Counted from the first letter of the stretch, positions 1 to 9,386 are shown. The stretch is 35,057 nt of DNA from a virus (IMGVR_UViG_2563366917_000007); one strand, 5' to 3'. The notes: generated by a model not told the origin, from the letters alone. Numbers and translations: made by a program.

Positions 1-237
1 ATGATGTCTATAAATGAAGTTGTTAAACAGGACTGGCACCCCGCGCATGTTGTCGCGGCGGTGCATGTAAAAGGTTTTACTTTACGCTCTCTGTCCATTG
101 AAGCCGGTTTAAACCAGGATTCTTTAAAGAATGCCCTGTACCGCAAATGCCCAAAATATGAGCGCATTATTGCTGATGCTATTGGTGTTGCGCCGGAGGA
201 GATCTGGCCCAGCCGTTACGCTCGTAAGGTGGCATAA
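1..237 (+). CDS. ner: Ner-like DNA-binding regulator (Ner/Nlp family); may be 5'-truncated by the window edge
   Basis: 78-aa ORF directly upstream of the transposase; C-terminal IWPSRY motif and overall layout typical of the Ner/Nlp HTH family; position matches Mu ner. Confidence 0.75.
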   Translation: MMSINEVVKQDWHPAHVVAAVHVKGFTLRSLSIEAGLNQDSLKNALYRKCPKYERIIADAIGVAPEEIWPSRYARKVA

Positions 238-239
238 AA

Positions 240-2327
240 ATGTTTGTATCAGTTAATGAGCTTGTAGGGTTACCAGGTATGCCGGGAACTGCGCAAGGGG
301 TGCGGTATTCCATAAGGAAACTGGCCTCATCTGAGCATTTCAGGCGCAAACGTGCGGGTTCAAAAACCATTGAATACAGCATCGACTGCCTCCCTCCGGT
401 TACACAACGGGCGTTACGTGAGCGACATGTAGCTCAACTGATGGCAAGCGCCCCGCGGGAGATAACTACCCAGCCTCCTGTAAAGCGTGAACGCAAACAA
501 AATGTTGTACAGCCTGTTGAGGCATATCGCGGTTCGCCACAATTGGTAGAAGAGCGTCTGAATGCGCTTACGGAAAATCAACGTAAAGTTGCAGAAGCGC
601 GCATTGCTCTTGTCTGTGAAGTTCTACGAATTAGCCAGGAGCCGGGATTCAGTTGTGCCAGCGCTATACGTTTTATTGTGTCGCGGTTAGCGCAGGGTAA
701 CCTGGAAGAACGCCTGGAATCTTTGGTCATTACTGCTAATGCCCGTAAAGGAAAAGAGCGAACTCTGAGCGCAATTACGCTCAAACGTTGGATAGCTGCG
801 TTTAACAAAGCACAGAATGCCGCAGAACGACTGCTGTTACTGGCACCAGGAAAGCGCGACGAAATAAAACCGGAAGAAATTAGCTGGCTGCCTGAATTTC
901 TGGCGCAGTATCGTCAGGCTAACGGCAGGCCTATGTCTGAAGCCTATGAGGATTTTGTCGCTGATTGGCAGCGTCGCCATGCGGACGAACCATACATGCT
1001 GGAGGTGATGCCTTCCTATGATGTTGTCCGGTATGCCATGAAAAAACTGCCGGAAGTGGTGAAACAAAAAGGGCGCGTTACCGGCAGTGAATACCGTCAG
1101 CTTGAAGGATTCACCCGCCGCGACTGGACAGCTATGCCGGTGAATTATGTCTGGATTGGTGACGGTCACGGTATGAAGCTGAAATGTGCACATCCGATCC
1201 ACGGGCGTCCATTCTCACCGGAAGTTACATTTGTGATCGACGGTGGAACCCGGTTTGTTGTTGGCTGGAGTCTTGACCTTGCCGAGAACGTGTTCGCCGT
1301 TGCCGGTGCGATACAGCACGGCATTCGCAACCACGGAAAACCGTTTCTGTATTACTCGGATAATGGTTCTGGTGAAACGGCTGACATACTGGACAAAGAG
1401 GTCGTGGGTATTCTGCCCCGCCTGGGGATTAAACACCCTACCGGTATTGCCGGTAATCCACAGGGGCGCGGCATTATTGAACGCCTGAACCGGACACTGC
1501 CGATGCGTATAGCCAGGAGGTATCGCACCTATTTTGGCAAGGGTGCTGACCGGGAATCGTTGCGTGTACTTAACCGTGATCTGCGTTCAGCGTTTAACGC
1601 CATGCAACAGGACAAGCCTCTGAACGACCGCCAGAAAGCTGCAATGCGCGAGCTACCATCGTGGGCGGAGCTTATTGAGGCTATTCGTGAAGGCGTGGAA
1701 TGGTACAACAACCGCCCGCATTCTGAGCTGCCAATGAAACCGAACGGGCGGCATTACAGCCCGGCAGAGTTCAGAAAAAAACGCCTGGCAGAAGAAGACA
1801 CCGAAATTGAGTGGCTGAGTGATCTTGAGCTGCGCGACATGTTCCGCCCGATGGTGGAACGCCCGGTAAGACGGTGCGAAATTCAGTGGCTGAACAATAT
1901 TTACTACGCGCCGGAGTTGCGTGACGAACACGGTCGCAAAGTACTTATCAGTTATGACATTCATGACGCCGAGCGAATTACGGTACGTCGCAAGGACGGC
2001 AGCTTTATCTGTGAGGCGATATGGAACGGCAATAAACGCACAGCCTTTGCTGTCAGTGCTGAATATCACAAACAACAGCAGCGTATTAAAGGAATGCGCA
2101 AACGTGCTGAGGAAAAAATTCGTGATGCTGAGGATGAAGGCATTCAGATACTGGAGCACAAACAGGCTGAACCCTGGCTGGATAATGTTTATCGCCCGGT
2201 TGGCAATACGGTAACCATCCAGCAACAGGATTATGAGGAGGATTACGACGAAGATTATGAACGCGATTTCAGGCTGGGTTTGCAGAAGCTTGTAGCCATA
2301 CAGGAACAGGATGATCCGCTGGCCTGA
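240..2327 (+). CDS. A: Mu-type DDE transposase (A protein)
   Basis: 695-aa ORF immediately after ner; candidate DDE triad in IGDGHG / YYSDNGSG / IIERLN segments; acidic C-terminal tail; followed by the B ATPase as in Mu. Diverged from the Mu A sequence as I recall it. Confidence 0.85.
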   Translation: MFVSVNELVGLPGMPGTAQGVRYSIRKLASSEHFRRKRAGSKTIEYSIDCLPPVTQRALRERHVAQLMASAPREITTQPPVKRERKQNVVQPVEAYRGSPQLVEERLNALTENQRKVAEARIALVCEVLRISQEPGFSCASAIRFIVSRLAQGNLEERLESLVITANARKGKERTLSAITLKRWIAAFNKAQNAAERLLLLAPGKRDEIKPEEISWLPEFLAQYRQANGRPMSEAYEDFVADWQRRHADEPYMLEVMPSYDVVRYAMKKLPEVVKQKGRVTGSEYRQLEGFTRRDWTAMPVNYVWIGDGHGMKLKCAHPIHGRPFSPEVTFVIDGGTRFVVGWSLDLAENVFAVAGAIQHGIRNHGKPFLYYSDNGSGETADILDKEVVGILPRLGIKHPTGIAGNPQGRGIIERLNRTLPMRIARRYRTYFGKGADRESLRVLNRDLRSAFNAMQQDKPLNDRQKAAMRELPSWAELIEAIREGVEWYNNRPHSELPMKPNGRHYSPAEFRKKRLAEEDTEIEWLSDLELRDMFRPMVERPVRRCEIQWLNNIYYAPELRDEHGRKVLISYDIHDAERITVRRKDGSFICEAIWNGNKRTAFAVSAEYHKQQQRIKGMRKRAEEKIRDAEDEGIQILEHKQAEPWLDNVYRPVGNTVTIQQQDYEEDYDEDYERDFRLGLQKLVAIQEQDDPLA

Positions 2328-2400
2328 ATAAAAAAACAGTCCGCGGGAACGGACTGTTAAACGAAGGAAACAAAGCTGATTTGAATAAACGGAGAATAAT

Positions 2401-3333
2401 ATGACCGATATTAATGATGTTTTCAACACGATTAACACACTTATTACTGACGGCGTAAAAACACAAAGCGCTATTGCTAAAGAAGCGGGGGTGTCGGAGG
2501 CCACTCTTTCTGAACTTCGCAAAGGCCGTTACAAAGGTGATACCGAAGGGATGCATGACAAATTACTGATGTGGCATCAGAGCTGGCAAAAAAGTCTGGA
2601 GTTACCTGGCGCACCACAACTTGTGGAAACACAAACCCTCCGTGATTTGCGCGAGCTGTTTCAGACCGTGCGTGTTATGGGCTGTATCAGCGTTCTGGTT
2701 GGTGTGCCGGGTGTTGGTAAAACCGTTGCGGCCCGTGAATACAGTAACCGTGTATCTAATACCTGGATGGTGACCCTTTCCCCTGCACACTCAACAGTGA
2801 CTGAGTGTCTGCTGGAGCTGGCAGACGCGCTGGGAATTGATAATCCGCAAAGAAATAAAGGCGCATTGACCCGCGCCATTCGCAAAAAACTGAATGGCAC
2901 ACGCGGTCTGGTTATTGTGGATGAAGCTGACCACCTGAGCATGGACGGGCTGGAGCAGTTACGCGCCATTCAGGATGCAACCGGCGTCGGGATGGTATTG
3001 ATTGGCAACCCACACCAGTTAGCCAAAGCCACACACCGGGGAACAGATGACCTTGCACGTTTGTTCAGTCGTTTCGCCAGAACAAAGCAACTACGTAAAG
3101 CCAAAAAGGCTGACGTGGTGGCAATTGCGAAAGCCTGGGGCATTGAGGGCGAAGATGAATTATCACTCATGCAGAGCATCGCGGAAAAACCAGGTGCATT
3201 ACGTGTATTAACTCATACGCTGAATCAGGCGTGGCTGGCTGCCAGCGGGAAAGGCGTTCCTCTATCCAAAGGCTACATTAAAGCAGCTTTTAAAGAGGTT
3301 TACAGCAACCCGAAATTACTGAACTGGTGGTAA
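2401..3333 (+). CDS. B: Transposition target-DNA activator ATPase (B protein)
   Basis: 310 aa; Walker A GVPGVGKT and Walker B-like VIVDEADH; N-terminal HTH-like segment; position after A; good RBS (GGAGAATAAT-ATG). Confidence 0.85.
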   Translation: MTDINDVFNTINTLITDGVKTQSAIAKEAGVSEATLSELRKGRYKGDTEGMHDKLLMWHQSWQKSLELPGAPQLVETQTLRDLRELFQTVRVMGCISVLVGVPGVGKTVAAREYSNRVSNTWMVTLSPAHSTVTECLLELADALGIDNPQRNKGALTRAIRKKLNGTRGLVIVDEADHLSMDGLEQLRAIQDATGVGMVLIGNPHQLAKATHRGTDDLARLFSRFARTKQLRKAKKADVVAIAKAWGIEGEDELSLMQSIAEKPGALRVLTHTLNQAWLAASGKGVPLSKGYIKAAFKEVYSNPKLLNWW

Positions 3334-3344
3334 GGGGATAAATA

Positions 3345-3572
3345 ATGATGTCACGAAATATAAAAATGGCAACGGATGCGCAGAACTGGTTACAGGCGCG
3401 CGGGAGTCATGTAAATGAATCATATCTCGGCGTGGCGCGTCCGATTCTTGAAATCACTTACCCACCGGTGGAACTGGTAAAAAACGCGGTCAGAATTATG
3501 GAGCATAAGTCCGGGGTGGCCCGTTCTGTATGGACGGCCCGTCTTAATGGTTGCCAGATTATCTGGAGATAA
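3345..3572 (+). CDS. Small early protein (occupies the position of Mu kil); function unknown
   Basis: 75-aa ORF with RBS, first gene after B in the early operon. Confidence 0.5.
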   Translation: MMSRNIKMATDAQNWLQARGSHVNESYLGVARPILEITYPPVELVKNAVRIMEHKSGVARSVWTARLNGCQIIWR

Positions 3573-3574
3573 CG

Positions 3575-3796
3575 ATGTGTATTAAAGCTGAAAAATATAT
3601 TGAATGGGTTAAACACTGTCAGTGCCACGGGGTGCCGCTGACGACATATAAATGCCCAGGATGCGGTGAACAGATTATGACGCAATGCTCACCCGAAAAG
3701 GAAATTCGGGATTCCCTGACATGTTGTCCGTGGTGCAGCGCAGTTTTCTTTAAGCAGGTAAAAGGCGCGAAGGTAAAAGCCAGCGCAGTTATTTAG
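3575..3796 (+). CDS. Cys-rich zinc-ribbon-like small early protein
   Basis: Internal ATG at 3575 with GGAG RBS 7 nt upstream, ATG 2 nt after the previous stop; motifs CQCH, CPGCGE, CCPWC suggest a metal-binding ribbon. Confidence 0.5.
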   Translation: MCIKAEKYIEWVKHCQCHGVPLTTYKCPGCGEQIMTQCSPEKEIRDSLTCCPWCSAVFFKQVKGAKVKASAVI

Positions 3797-3816
3797 AATC
3801 AATAAGGAGAAGAAAA

Positions 3817-4086
3817 ATGGCAAAGGTTATCTTTGAGTTTACATGGCTGGAAAGTAGTGACAGTTGCAATGGGCGCAGAGAAGTTCTGGATGCAAAAGCA
3901 TGTCTTGCAGATATCTCGCCAACGGAAAATACCGGGCCTCATGATTTACTGGCAAATATAGTCCTGACTATGGCTCCTGAAATTATTAAAAAGGCCAAAG
4001 ATGAGATGCTGACCACTATGAAGAAAGTGGGTATGGAAGCTGAATGTGATTTAGTACCACGTCCGGTGAATGTGGTTAAACATTAA
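3817..4086 (+). CDS. Hypothetical early protein
   Basis: 89-aa ORF with strong RBS (AAGGAGAAG) in the early operon. Confidence 0.5.
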   Translation: MAKVIFEFTWLESSDSCNGRREVLDAKACLADISPTENTGPHDLLANIVLTMAPEIIKKAKDEMLTTMKKVGMEAECDLVPRPVNVVKH

Positions 4087-4106
4087 TTCGCAAAGGAACG
4101 CTGACA

Positions 4107-4526
4107 ATGAACGTCAAAATCCGAAATGAAATTCAGGCATTAATTCGAATTAAAATGCGTAATAACAATCCAGGAGAATTACGCGAGTTTATTTTCACCC
4201 GCAAAGTTTATGAGCATGGTGAAACTACTTATCTGATTACATTTGACCATTACAGCATTTGTGCGCGTTATTGTGGCGAAAACATCTCTAATGCCATCAC
4301 GTTTGGCGGTGCGTTTAACGAGGATTTATGGGAATACGTCATGGACCGGGAATACATCTGCGCATCAGACCCTGAAGCCCGTGAAATGTGGCAGCGTATC
4401 TGGCGCGATTACCGGTTAATGGCAAAAGGCTGGGCGCGCTGCTGTTATTCCTCGCTTGCCCTGAAAGCGGTTCAGTTATCGCTGCGGCATATTCCGGCAT
4501 CACTGCGCGAGCCTCTGCTGTACTGA
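4107..4526 (+). CDS. Hypothetical early protein
   Basis: 139-aa ORF, RBS AAAGGAAC upstream, same-strand tight packing. Confidence 0.5.
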   Translation: MNVKIRNEIQALIRIKMRNNNPGELREFIFTRKVYEHGETTYLITFDHYSICARYCGENISNAITFGGAFNEDLWEYVMDREYICASDPEAREMWQRIWRDYRLMAKGWARCCYSSLALKAVQLSLRHIPASLREPLLY

Positions 4527-4826
4527 ATGGTGGCTGACATGAAGTGTAATCGTAAGCGCTGGTCACGCGAAGACCGGGAATTTATCGAAGCCAACGTCGG
4601 GAAAATGACCGTTGAAGAAATGGCGGAAAAACTGAAAGTCGCCACAACCGCCCTCCGGGCACATGCCAGAAGGCACGGAATATCATTGTGTGTATACCGA
4701 ATCAGTGAACACGACAAATATTTATGTCGTGAACTTTATAAAGAAGGACTGGATATTCATGTCATTGCCCGAAAGATGGAATTAAGCAATCGAGCTGTAT
4801 CCAGCATTGTATACAGCGGATATTAA
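4527..4826 (+). CDS. Hypothetical early protein with HTH-like segments (possible DNA-binding)
   Basis: 99 aa; start abuts previous stop; segments MTVEEMAEKLKVATTALRAHARRHGIS and LDIHVIARKMELSNRAVSSIV resemble helix-turn-helix motifs. Alternative start at 4539. Confidence 0.45.
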   Translation: MVADMKCNRKRWSREDREFIEANVGKMTVEEMAEKLKVATTALRAHARRHGISLCVYRISEHDKYLCRELYKEGLDIHVIARKMELSNRAVSSIVYSGY

Positions 4827-4845
4827 TTAACAGGAGCTTTAATTT

Positions 4846-5370
4846 ATGGCTAAACCAGCAAAACGTATCAAAAGTGCCGCAGCGGCTTATGTGCCACAAA
4901 ACCGCGATGCGGTGATTACCGATATTAAACGCATCGGGGATTTACAGCGCGAAGCATCACGTCTGGAAACGGAAATGAATGATGCCATCGCGGAAATTAC
5001 GGAGAAATTTGCAGCCCGGATTGCACCGATTAAAACCGATATTGAAACCCTTTCAAAAGGCGTTCAGGGATGGTGTGAAGCGAACCGCGACGAACTGACG
5101 AACGGCGGCAAAGTGAAGACGGCGAATCTTGTCACCGGTGATGTATCGTGGCGGGTCCGTCCACCATCAGTAAGTATTCGTGGTATGGATGCAGTGATGG
5201 AAACGCTGGAGCGCCTTGGCCTGCAACGCTTTATTCGCACGAAGCAGGAAATCAACAAGGAGGCGATTTTACTGGAACCAAAAGCCGTCGCAGGTGTTGC
5301 CGGAATTACGGTTAAATCGGGAATTGAAGATTTTTCCATTATTCCATTTGAACAGGAAGCCGGTATTTAA
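4846..5370 (+). CDS. gam: Gam host-nuclease inhibitor (Ku-like DNA end-binding protein)
   Basis: 174 aa, strong RBS (AGGAG); sequence matches Mu Gam as I recall it, and the length is identical (174 aa). Confidence 0.85.
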   Translation: MAKPAKRIKSAAAAYVPQNRDAVITDIKRIGDLQREASRLETEMNDAIAEITEKFAARIAPIKTDIETLSKGVQGWCEANRDELTNGGKVKTANLVTGDVSWRVRPPSVSIRGMDAVMETLERLGLQRFIRTKQEINKEAILLEPKAVAGVAGITVKSGIEDFSIIPFEQEAGI

Positions 5371-5468
5371 TACCACCATTAATATTTAATTAATTCACAT
5401 TCTTTTAATTATGGCGCGATGCGTCAGGGGATTGCTCGCGCCTGAAACAGATTACTGAGGAATAAAAC

Positions 5469-5999
5469 ATGGTTGATGCAAAAATTCTGAATGGTGTCAG
5501 CACATTATTACGGGCTTACGGACGCCTGACCTGCGGAGTTCTGGCTGAAAAAATGAAGATGCCTCCCTCATCAATGGTGTATTTCCTGCGTGATGCGGTT
5601 GATGCCGGCGTTCTCACCGAATGCAACGGATTTTATGACGTTCCGCGCCCACGTCCGACGCCGCCTGTAAGACGAAGCGCAACTGAACAGCCTGCTGTTG
5701 ATGATGCGGTGTGGTGCAACTGGCGTCGCTCATTACCCTGGGTGGAAGGTAATACCATCCCCGCACTGGCAAAAGAGTTTGCGACGGGCGTGCTGACCTG
5801 TGAGTCAGTCCACATTGTTGCTGAGGTGGATAACAGAATGTGCGAACAGGGAATGCCCCGTTTTGTGATGGCTTATATCGATATCCGGCTGGGGCGTTTT
5901 ATTTGCAGTTCAAGCGCCTGGAATATCACCGACCATGTACTGCGTTATCTCATTCTTGATTGTTCTCCGGTTCCCGCAACGGTGCAGGAGGTGGCGTGA
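5469..5999 (+). CDS. Hypothetical early protein (N-terminal winged-helix-like region)
   Basis: 176-aa ORF with RBS (GAGGAATAAAAC-ATG); proline-rich linker mid-protein. Confidence 0.5.
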   Translation: MVDAKILNGVSTLLRAYGRLTCGVLAEKMKMPPSSMVYFLRDAVDAGVLTECNGFYDVPRPRPTPPVRRSATEQPAVDDAVWCNWRRSLPWVEGNTIPALAKEFATGVLTCESVHIVAEVDNRMCEQGMPRFVMAYIDIRLGRFICSSSAWNITDHVLRYLILDCSPVPATVQEVA

Positions 6000-6523
6000 T
6001 GTTTTTTAAAACGTCAAATCCCGCAGCACTGCTGGCATGGGACCAGTTTATGGCGGACTGCCTGAAACTACGCGAAGAAGCCCGCCATCTTGATAAGGTT
6101 CTGGGTTGTGGTTGCCGGTCAGTATTCAGCACAGATATTGGTGGGCGTCATTTTCATGGCGTGAATTTTCCGGGGAATGAGCGACCTTTCTCGCCGGAGC
6201 TGTGGACCGTACAACGGCCCGCATCAGGTAACAGTTGCAGGCCAAGAACATCGCGCATTCCTGCACATCTGCGGGAGCAGTCAAAAGAGCTGGCGAAAAT
6301 ATGGCAGGAGAATATTCCGGTCACTTATGCCCGTACTGACGCTCTCTTACCCACACTGGGACTGGATTTCAGCGCAACAATATTCGGGCCGCTCCGGTGG
6401 TTCCGTGTTGGTGATGTGATTTACGTCATGACGGGGATGACACCCGCACAGGGCTGCATGACGGAAATCCTGTCCGATGAATTCATGAAGGCAAAGATTG
6501 CGTTAAAGGGGGCCGCTAAATGA
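5999..6523 (+). CDS. Hypothetical early protein
   Basis: Start taken at internal ATG 5999 (GGAGG RBS, TGATG overlap with upstream stop) rather than ORF-track start 5960; 174 aa. Confidence 0.45.
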   Translation: MFFKTSNPAALLAWDQFMADCLKLREEARHLDKVLGCGCRSVFSTDIGGRHFHGVNFPGNERPFSPELWTVQRPASGNSCRPRTSRIPAHLREQSKELAKIWQENIPVTYARTDALLPTLGLDFSATIFGPLRWFRVGDVIYVMTGMTPAQGCMTEILSDEFMKAKIALKGAAK

Positions 6524-7188
6524 AAGAACGTGGCGTTGCTTTTAATGACGATATGGTCAGGGCAATTCTCGAAGGAAGAAAGACGCAAACACGCCGCCCG
6601 GTAAAAAATGTCGGACACGATAACTGTCTGGTTATCCATCGTAACGGTGTTTATACCCACGTTATGGATGCACCTGAGCATGGTTTATGCCCGTTCGGTA
6701 ACGTTGGTGATCGCATCTGGGTCCGTGAAGCGTGGGCAATATTAGGCAATGAGGATGGTTGCAGTGTGGACTGGAACGGCAACCTTTGTCATGGCGATGA
6801 GAAGAAGGCAGCAAGGATTTATCGGGCAAGTTGTGAACAAAAGCCTGGTGATTACGGTCTGTGGTCAATACCTGATGATGCTGACTGGAAACCTCGCACT
6901 GTGAATGAAAAGTTTGATGGCAGGTGGTGCCCATCTATCCACATGCCGCGCTGGGCGTCGCGCATTCTGTTGGGAATAACCGACGTGCGTGTGGAACGGC
7001 TGCATGATATTAGCGAGGCAGATGCGAAAGCGGAAGGCGCATTTCCGGCGACGTACAAAATTACGCCACCGGAAGCTGTTTATCGCGTTGGTTTTGGTGA
7101 TATCTGGCGCGGTATTTATGGGCAAGATAACTGGCTGTCTAATCCGTGGGTATGGGTAATTGAGTTTAAGCGTATTCAGGAAGCATAA
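6520..7188 (+). CDS. ASCH/PUA-like domain protein (tentative)
   Basis: 222 aa; N-terminal FNDDMVRAILEGRKTQTRR resembles the ASCH signature region; ATGA overlap with upstream gene. Confidence 0.45.
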   Translation: MKERGVAFNDDMVRAILEGRKTQTRRPVKNVGHDNCLVIHRNGVYTHVMDAPEHGLCPFGNVGDRIWVREAWAILGNEDGCSVDWNGNLCHGDEKKAARIYRASCEQKPGDYGLWSIPDDADWKPRTVNEKFDGRWCPSIHMPRWASRILLGITDVRVERLHDISEADAKAEGAFPATYKITPPEAVYRVGFGDIWRGIYGQDNWLSNPWVWVIEFKRIQEA

Positions 7189-7190
7189 CT

Positions 7191-7532
7191 ATGAGCAAAT
7201 CACTTAATGCACGTTGTATTCGCCGTTGGGAAGTCAGATTTAAGCCTGTTTGTGATTCAAAAGTTAGCCCTCACATGCGTAAAAGCTTTTTGCGTGGGGT
7301 GCGTGAATTAGGGCTTATTACGGCTGAAAACATGGTTGAAAGCATGGCTGAGAAAAACGCCAGGTTTGATTACGACGGCAAGGACACAGGCTGGTCACCG
7401 GAGTTTTCTAACTGGTATGCAACATGCCGAGAAAAGTATTGTAAAGAGGCCCGCGACTATCTGGATGAAGAAGTCACAAACGATGAGATCGATGAAGAAA
7501 TCAGAACTGAGCTAGAGTATTGGAATGACTAA
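7191..7532 (+). CDS. Hypothetical early protein with acidic C-terminus
   Basis: 113-aa ORF, ATG 2 nt after previous stop. Confidence 0.5.
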   Translation: MSKSLNARCIRRWEVRFKPVCDSKVSPHMRKSFLRGVRELGLITAENMVESMAEKNARFDYDGKDTGWSPEFSNWYATCREKYCKEARDYLDEEVTNDEIDEEIRTELEYWND

Positions 7533-7605
7533 TCTGGCCGATATGACCGGAAAGTGTTTCAGCGATACAAGCGGTGTGGTAGCACCGCTTTTTAAAGGTA
7601 TGATC

Positions 7606-8157
7606 ATGAGTCGCACATCCCTGATTAAATTAATCCATGTCGCCCGTCGTGATCTACAACTCGACGACGATACTTACCGCGCTTTTCTGATGCAGAAAAC
7701 GGGCAAAATCAGTTGCCGCGAGCTGACGGTAACGCAACTGGAACAGGTGCTCGATGCCATGAAAGAACGCGGCTTTAAGAAGCTGAATAAACATCCACGT
7801 CGCCGCTTTAAGGGGCATGTCACGCCCCGCGAGAAGGTATACAAAGTCTGGCAGCAGATGGCAGAAGACGGTTTTATTACCGATGGCGGTGATGTGGCGC
7901 TGGATAAATATGTTCAGCGCCTGACGGCGAAACGTAATGGCGGACAGGGTGTTTCCACGCTGGCGTGGTGTCATGGCGACACCCTGTTGATTGTTCTCGA
8001 AACTCTCAAGCAGTGGCATATCCGCTGTATTCGTGAAGCCTTTTCCCGTCACGGGCTTCCGTTGCCGGTCAGTCCGTCCGGGCGTGAACTGCGCGGCTAT
8101 GATGCCATGACGGCGGCTTATGCCCATGCCAGAAAGACACGGAGGATGGCACAATGA
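7606..8157 (+). CDS. gemA: GemA-like regulatory protein (Mu gp16 family)
   Basis: Start chosen at Met-28 of the ORF-track ORF (7525), giving 183 aa; N-terminus MSRTSLIKLIHVARRDLQLDDDTYRAFL is typical of GemA; precedes mor with ATGA overlap. Alternative starts 7525/7600. Confidence 0.7.
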   Translation: MSRTSLIKLIHVARRDLQLDDDTYRAFLMQKTGKISCRELTVTQLEQVLDAMKERGFKKLNKHPRRRFKGHVTPREKVYKVWQQMAEDGFITDGGDVALDKYVQRLTAKRNGGQGVSTLAWCHGDTLLIVLETLKQWHIRCIREAFSRHGLPLPVSPSGRELRGYDAMTAAYAHARKTRRMAQ

Positions 8158-8543
8158 CGGAAGATTTATTTGGTGATTTGCAGGATGACACCATCCTGGC
8201 ACATCTTGACAATCCCGCAGAGGATGCGTCACGCTTTCCGGCACTGCTGGCGGAGCTGAACGATTTACTGCGCGGGGAGTTGTCCCGGCTGGGTGTTGAT
8301 CCTGCCCATTCACTGGAGATTGTTGTGGCTATCTGTAAGCATCTGGGTGGCGGTCAGGTCTACATTCCTCGCGGTCAGGTTCTGGACTCGCTGATTCGGG
8401 ATTTGCGTATCTGGAATGATTTTAACGGTCGCAACGTCAGCGAACTGACCACCCGTTATGGTGTCACTTTCAATACGGTTTACAAGGCCATTCGCCGGAT
8501 GCGACGGCTGAAATACCGCCAGTACCAGCCCTCACTTCTGTAA
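8154..8543 (+). CDS. mor: Mor middle-operon transcription activator
   Basis: 129 aa (same length as Mu Mor); C-terminal HTH region shared with the downstream paralog C (WNDFNGRN... vs CQFNGRN...). Confidence 0.8.
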   Translation: MTEDLFGDLQDDTILAHLDNPAEDASRFPALLAELNDLLRGELSRLGVDPAHSLEIVVAICKHLGGGQVYIPRGQVLDSLIRDLRIWNDFNGRNVSELTTRYGVTFNTVYKAIRRMRRLKYRQYQPSLL

Positions 8544-8547
8544 ACAG

Positions 8548-8574
8548 TAAAGCCGGTTAATCCGGCTTTTTTTA
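8548..8574 (+). terminator. Rho-independent terminator after mor (end of the early operon)
   Basis: Stem AGCCGG / CCGGCT with a 5-nt loop, followed by a 7-T run, 8 bp after the mor stop. Confidence 0.6.
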
Positions 8575-8620
8575 CGTCCTCAATATCCTGTGATGAATAA
8601 CCGTACCGGGGGAAATCATC

Positions 8621-8851
8621 ATGGGTAAAGGCTGGAATGCATCCTTTCATCTTGGCAGACGTGAGCGGCTGCGTCAGGAGGTTTTGCACCGTGTCGCCGG
8701 TGGGCCTCGGCCTTCGCCCCGCGACTATACCGGTCATGATGGCACCCACGGCAGTTATTACATGAAAGGCTGGCAGTCAGTTGATATGCCGGAAATTCTT
8801 CACCACTGTCAACGTTATAAGGAAAAATATTGTGTACAGAAAATTCAGTGA
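8621..8851 (+). CDS. Hypothetical small protein in the mor-C gap (uncertain)
   Basis: 76-aa ORF with GGGGGA RBS; lies in the region expected to carry the Mor-dependent middle promoter. Confidence 0.3.
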   Translation: MGKGWNASFHLGRRERLRQEVLHRVAGGPRPSPRDYTGHDGTHGSYYMKGWQSVDMPEILHHCQRYKEKYCVQKIQ

Positions 8852-8963
8852 TGAATGTTTCGGGCCGTCCACGCTGATTAATGCGATAAAAGTGATTGCC
8901 CTTGTGGTTCTGATAACCATCAGTGCCGTGGTGTATCTTTTTGTCTGTTAACCGGGGGAAAAT

Positions 8964-9386
8964 ATGCAGCATGATTTATTTGAACACGATCCGGCAATTC
9001 GCCAGTTAATCGGGCATATTGATAACATCCCGGCCCCGGAACTGGAATCACGCTGGCCCCGTTCAGTGGTTGATCTGATTGATGTTCTGGAAAACGAACT
9101 GAAACGCCAGAACGTCAGCAATCCCCGTGAGCTTGCCCGTAAACAGGCCGTTGCCCTGTCCTGTTTTCTGGGGGGGCGGCAGTTTTATATCCCCTGCGGC
9201 GATACTATCCTGACCGCGTTACGCGACGATTTGCTTTACTGCCAGTTCAATGGTCGTAACATGGAAGAACTGCGTCGCCAGTACCGCCTGTCCCAGCCGC
9301 AGATCTACCAGATTATTGCCCGCCAGAGAAAGCTGCATACACGACGTCATCAGCCTGATCTGTTCTCACCTGAAAGCCAGAAATAA
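8964..9386 (+). CDS. C: C protein, late-gene transcription activator (Mor/C family)
   Basis: 140 aa (same length as Mu C); paralogous to Mor; RBS GGGGGAAAAT-ATG. Confidence 0.8.
   Translation: MQHDLFEHDPAIRQLIGHIDNIPAPELESRWPRSVVDLIDVLENELKRQNVSNPRELARKQAVALSCFLGGRQFYIPCGDTILTALRDDLLYCQFNGRNMEELRRQYRLSQPQIYQIIARQRKLHTRRHQPDLFSPESQK

Noticed and set aside
1-237. Repressor c, operators and attL expected left of ner
   Set aside because: The window begins at the ner start codon, so these elements lie outside the window and cannot be assessed.
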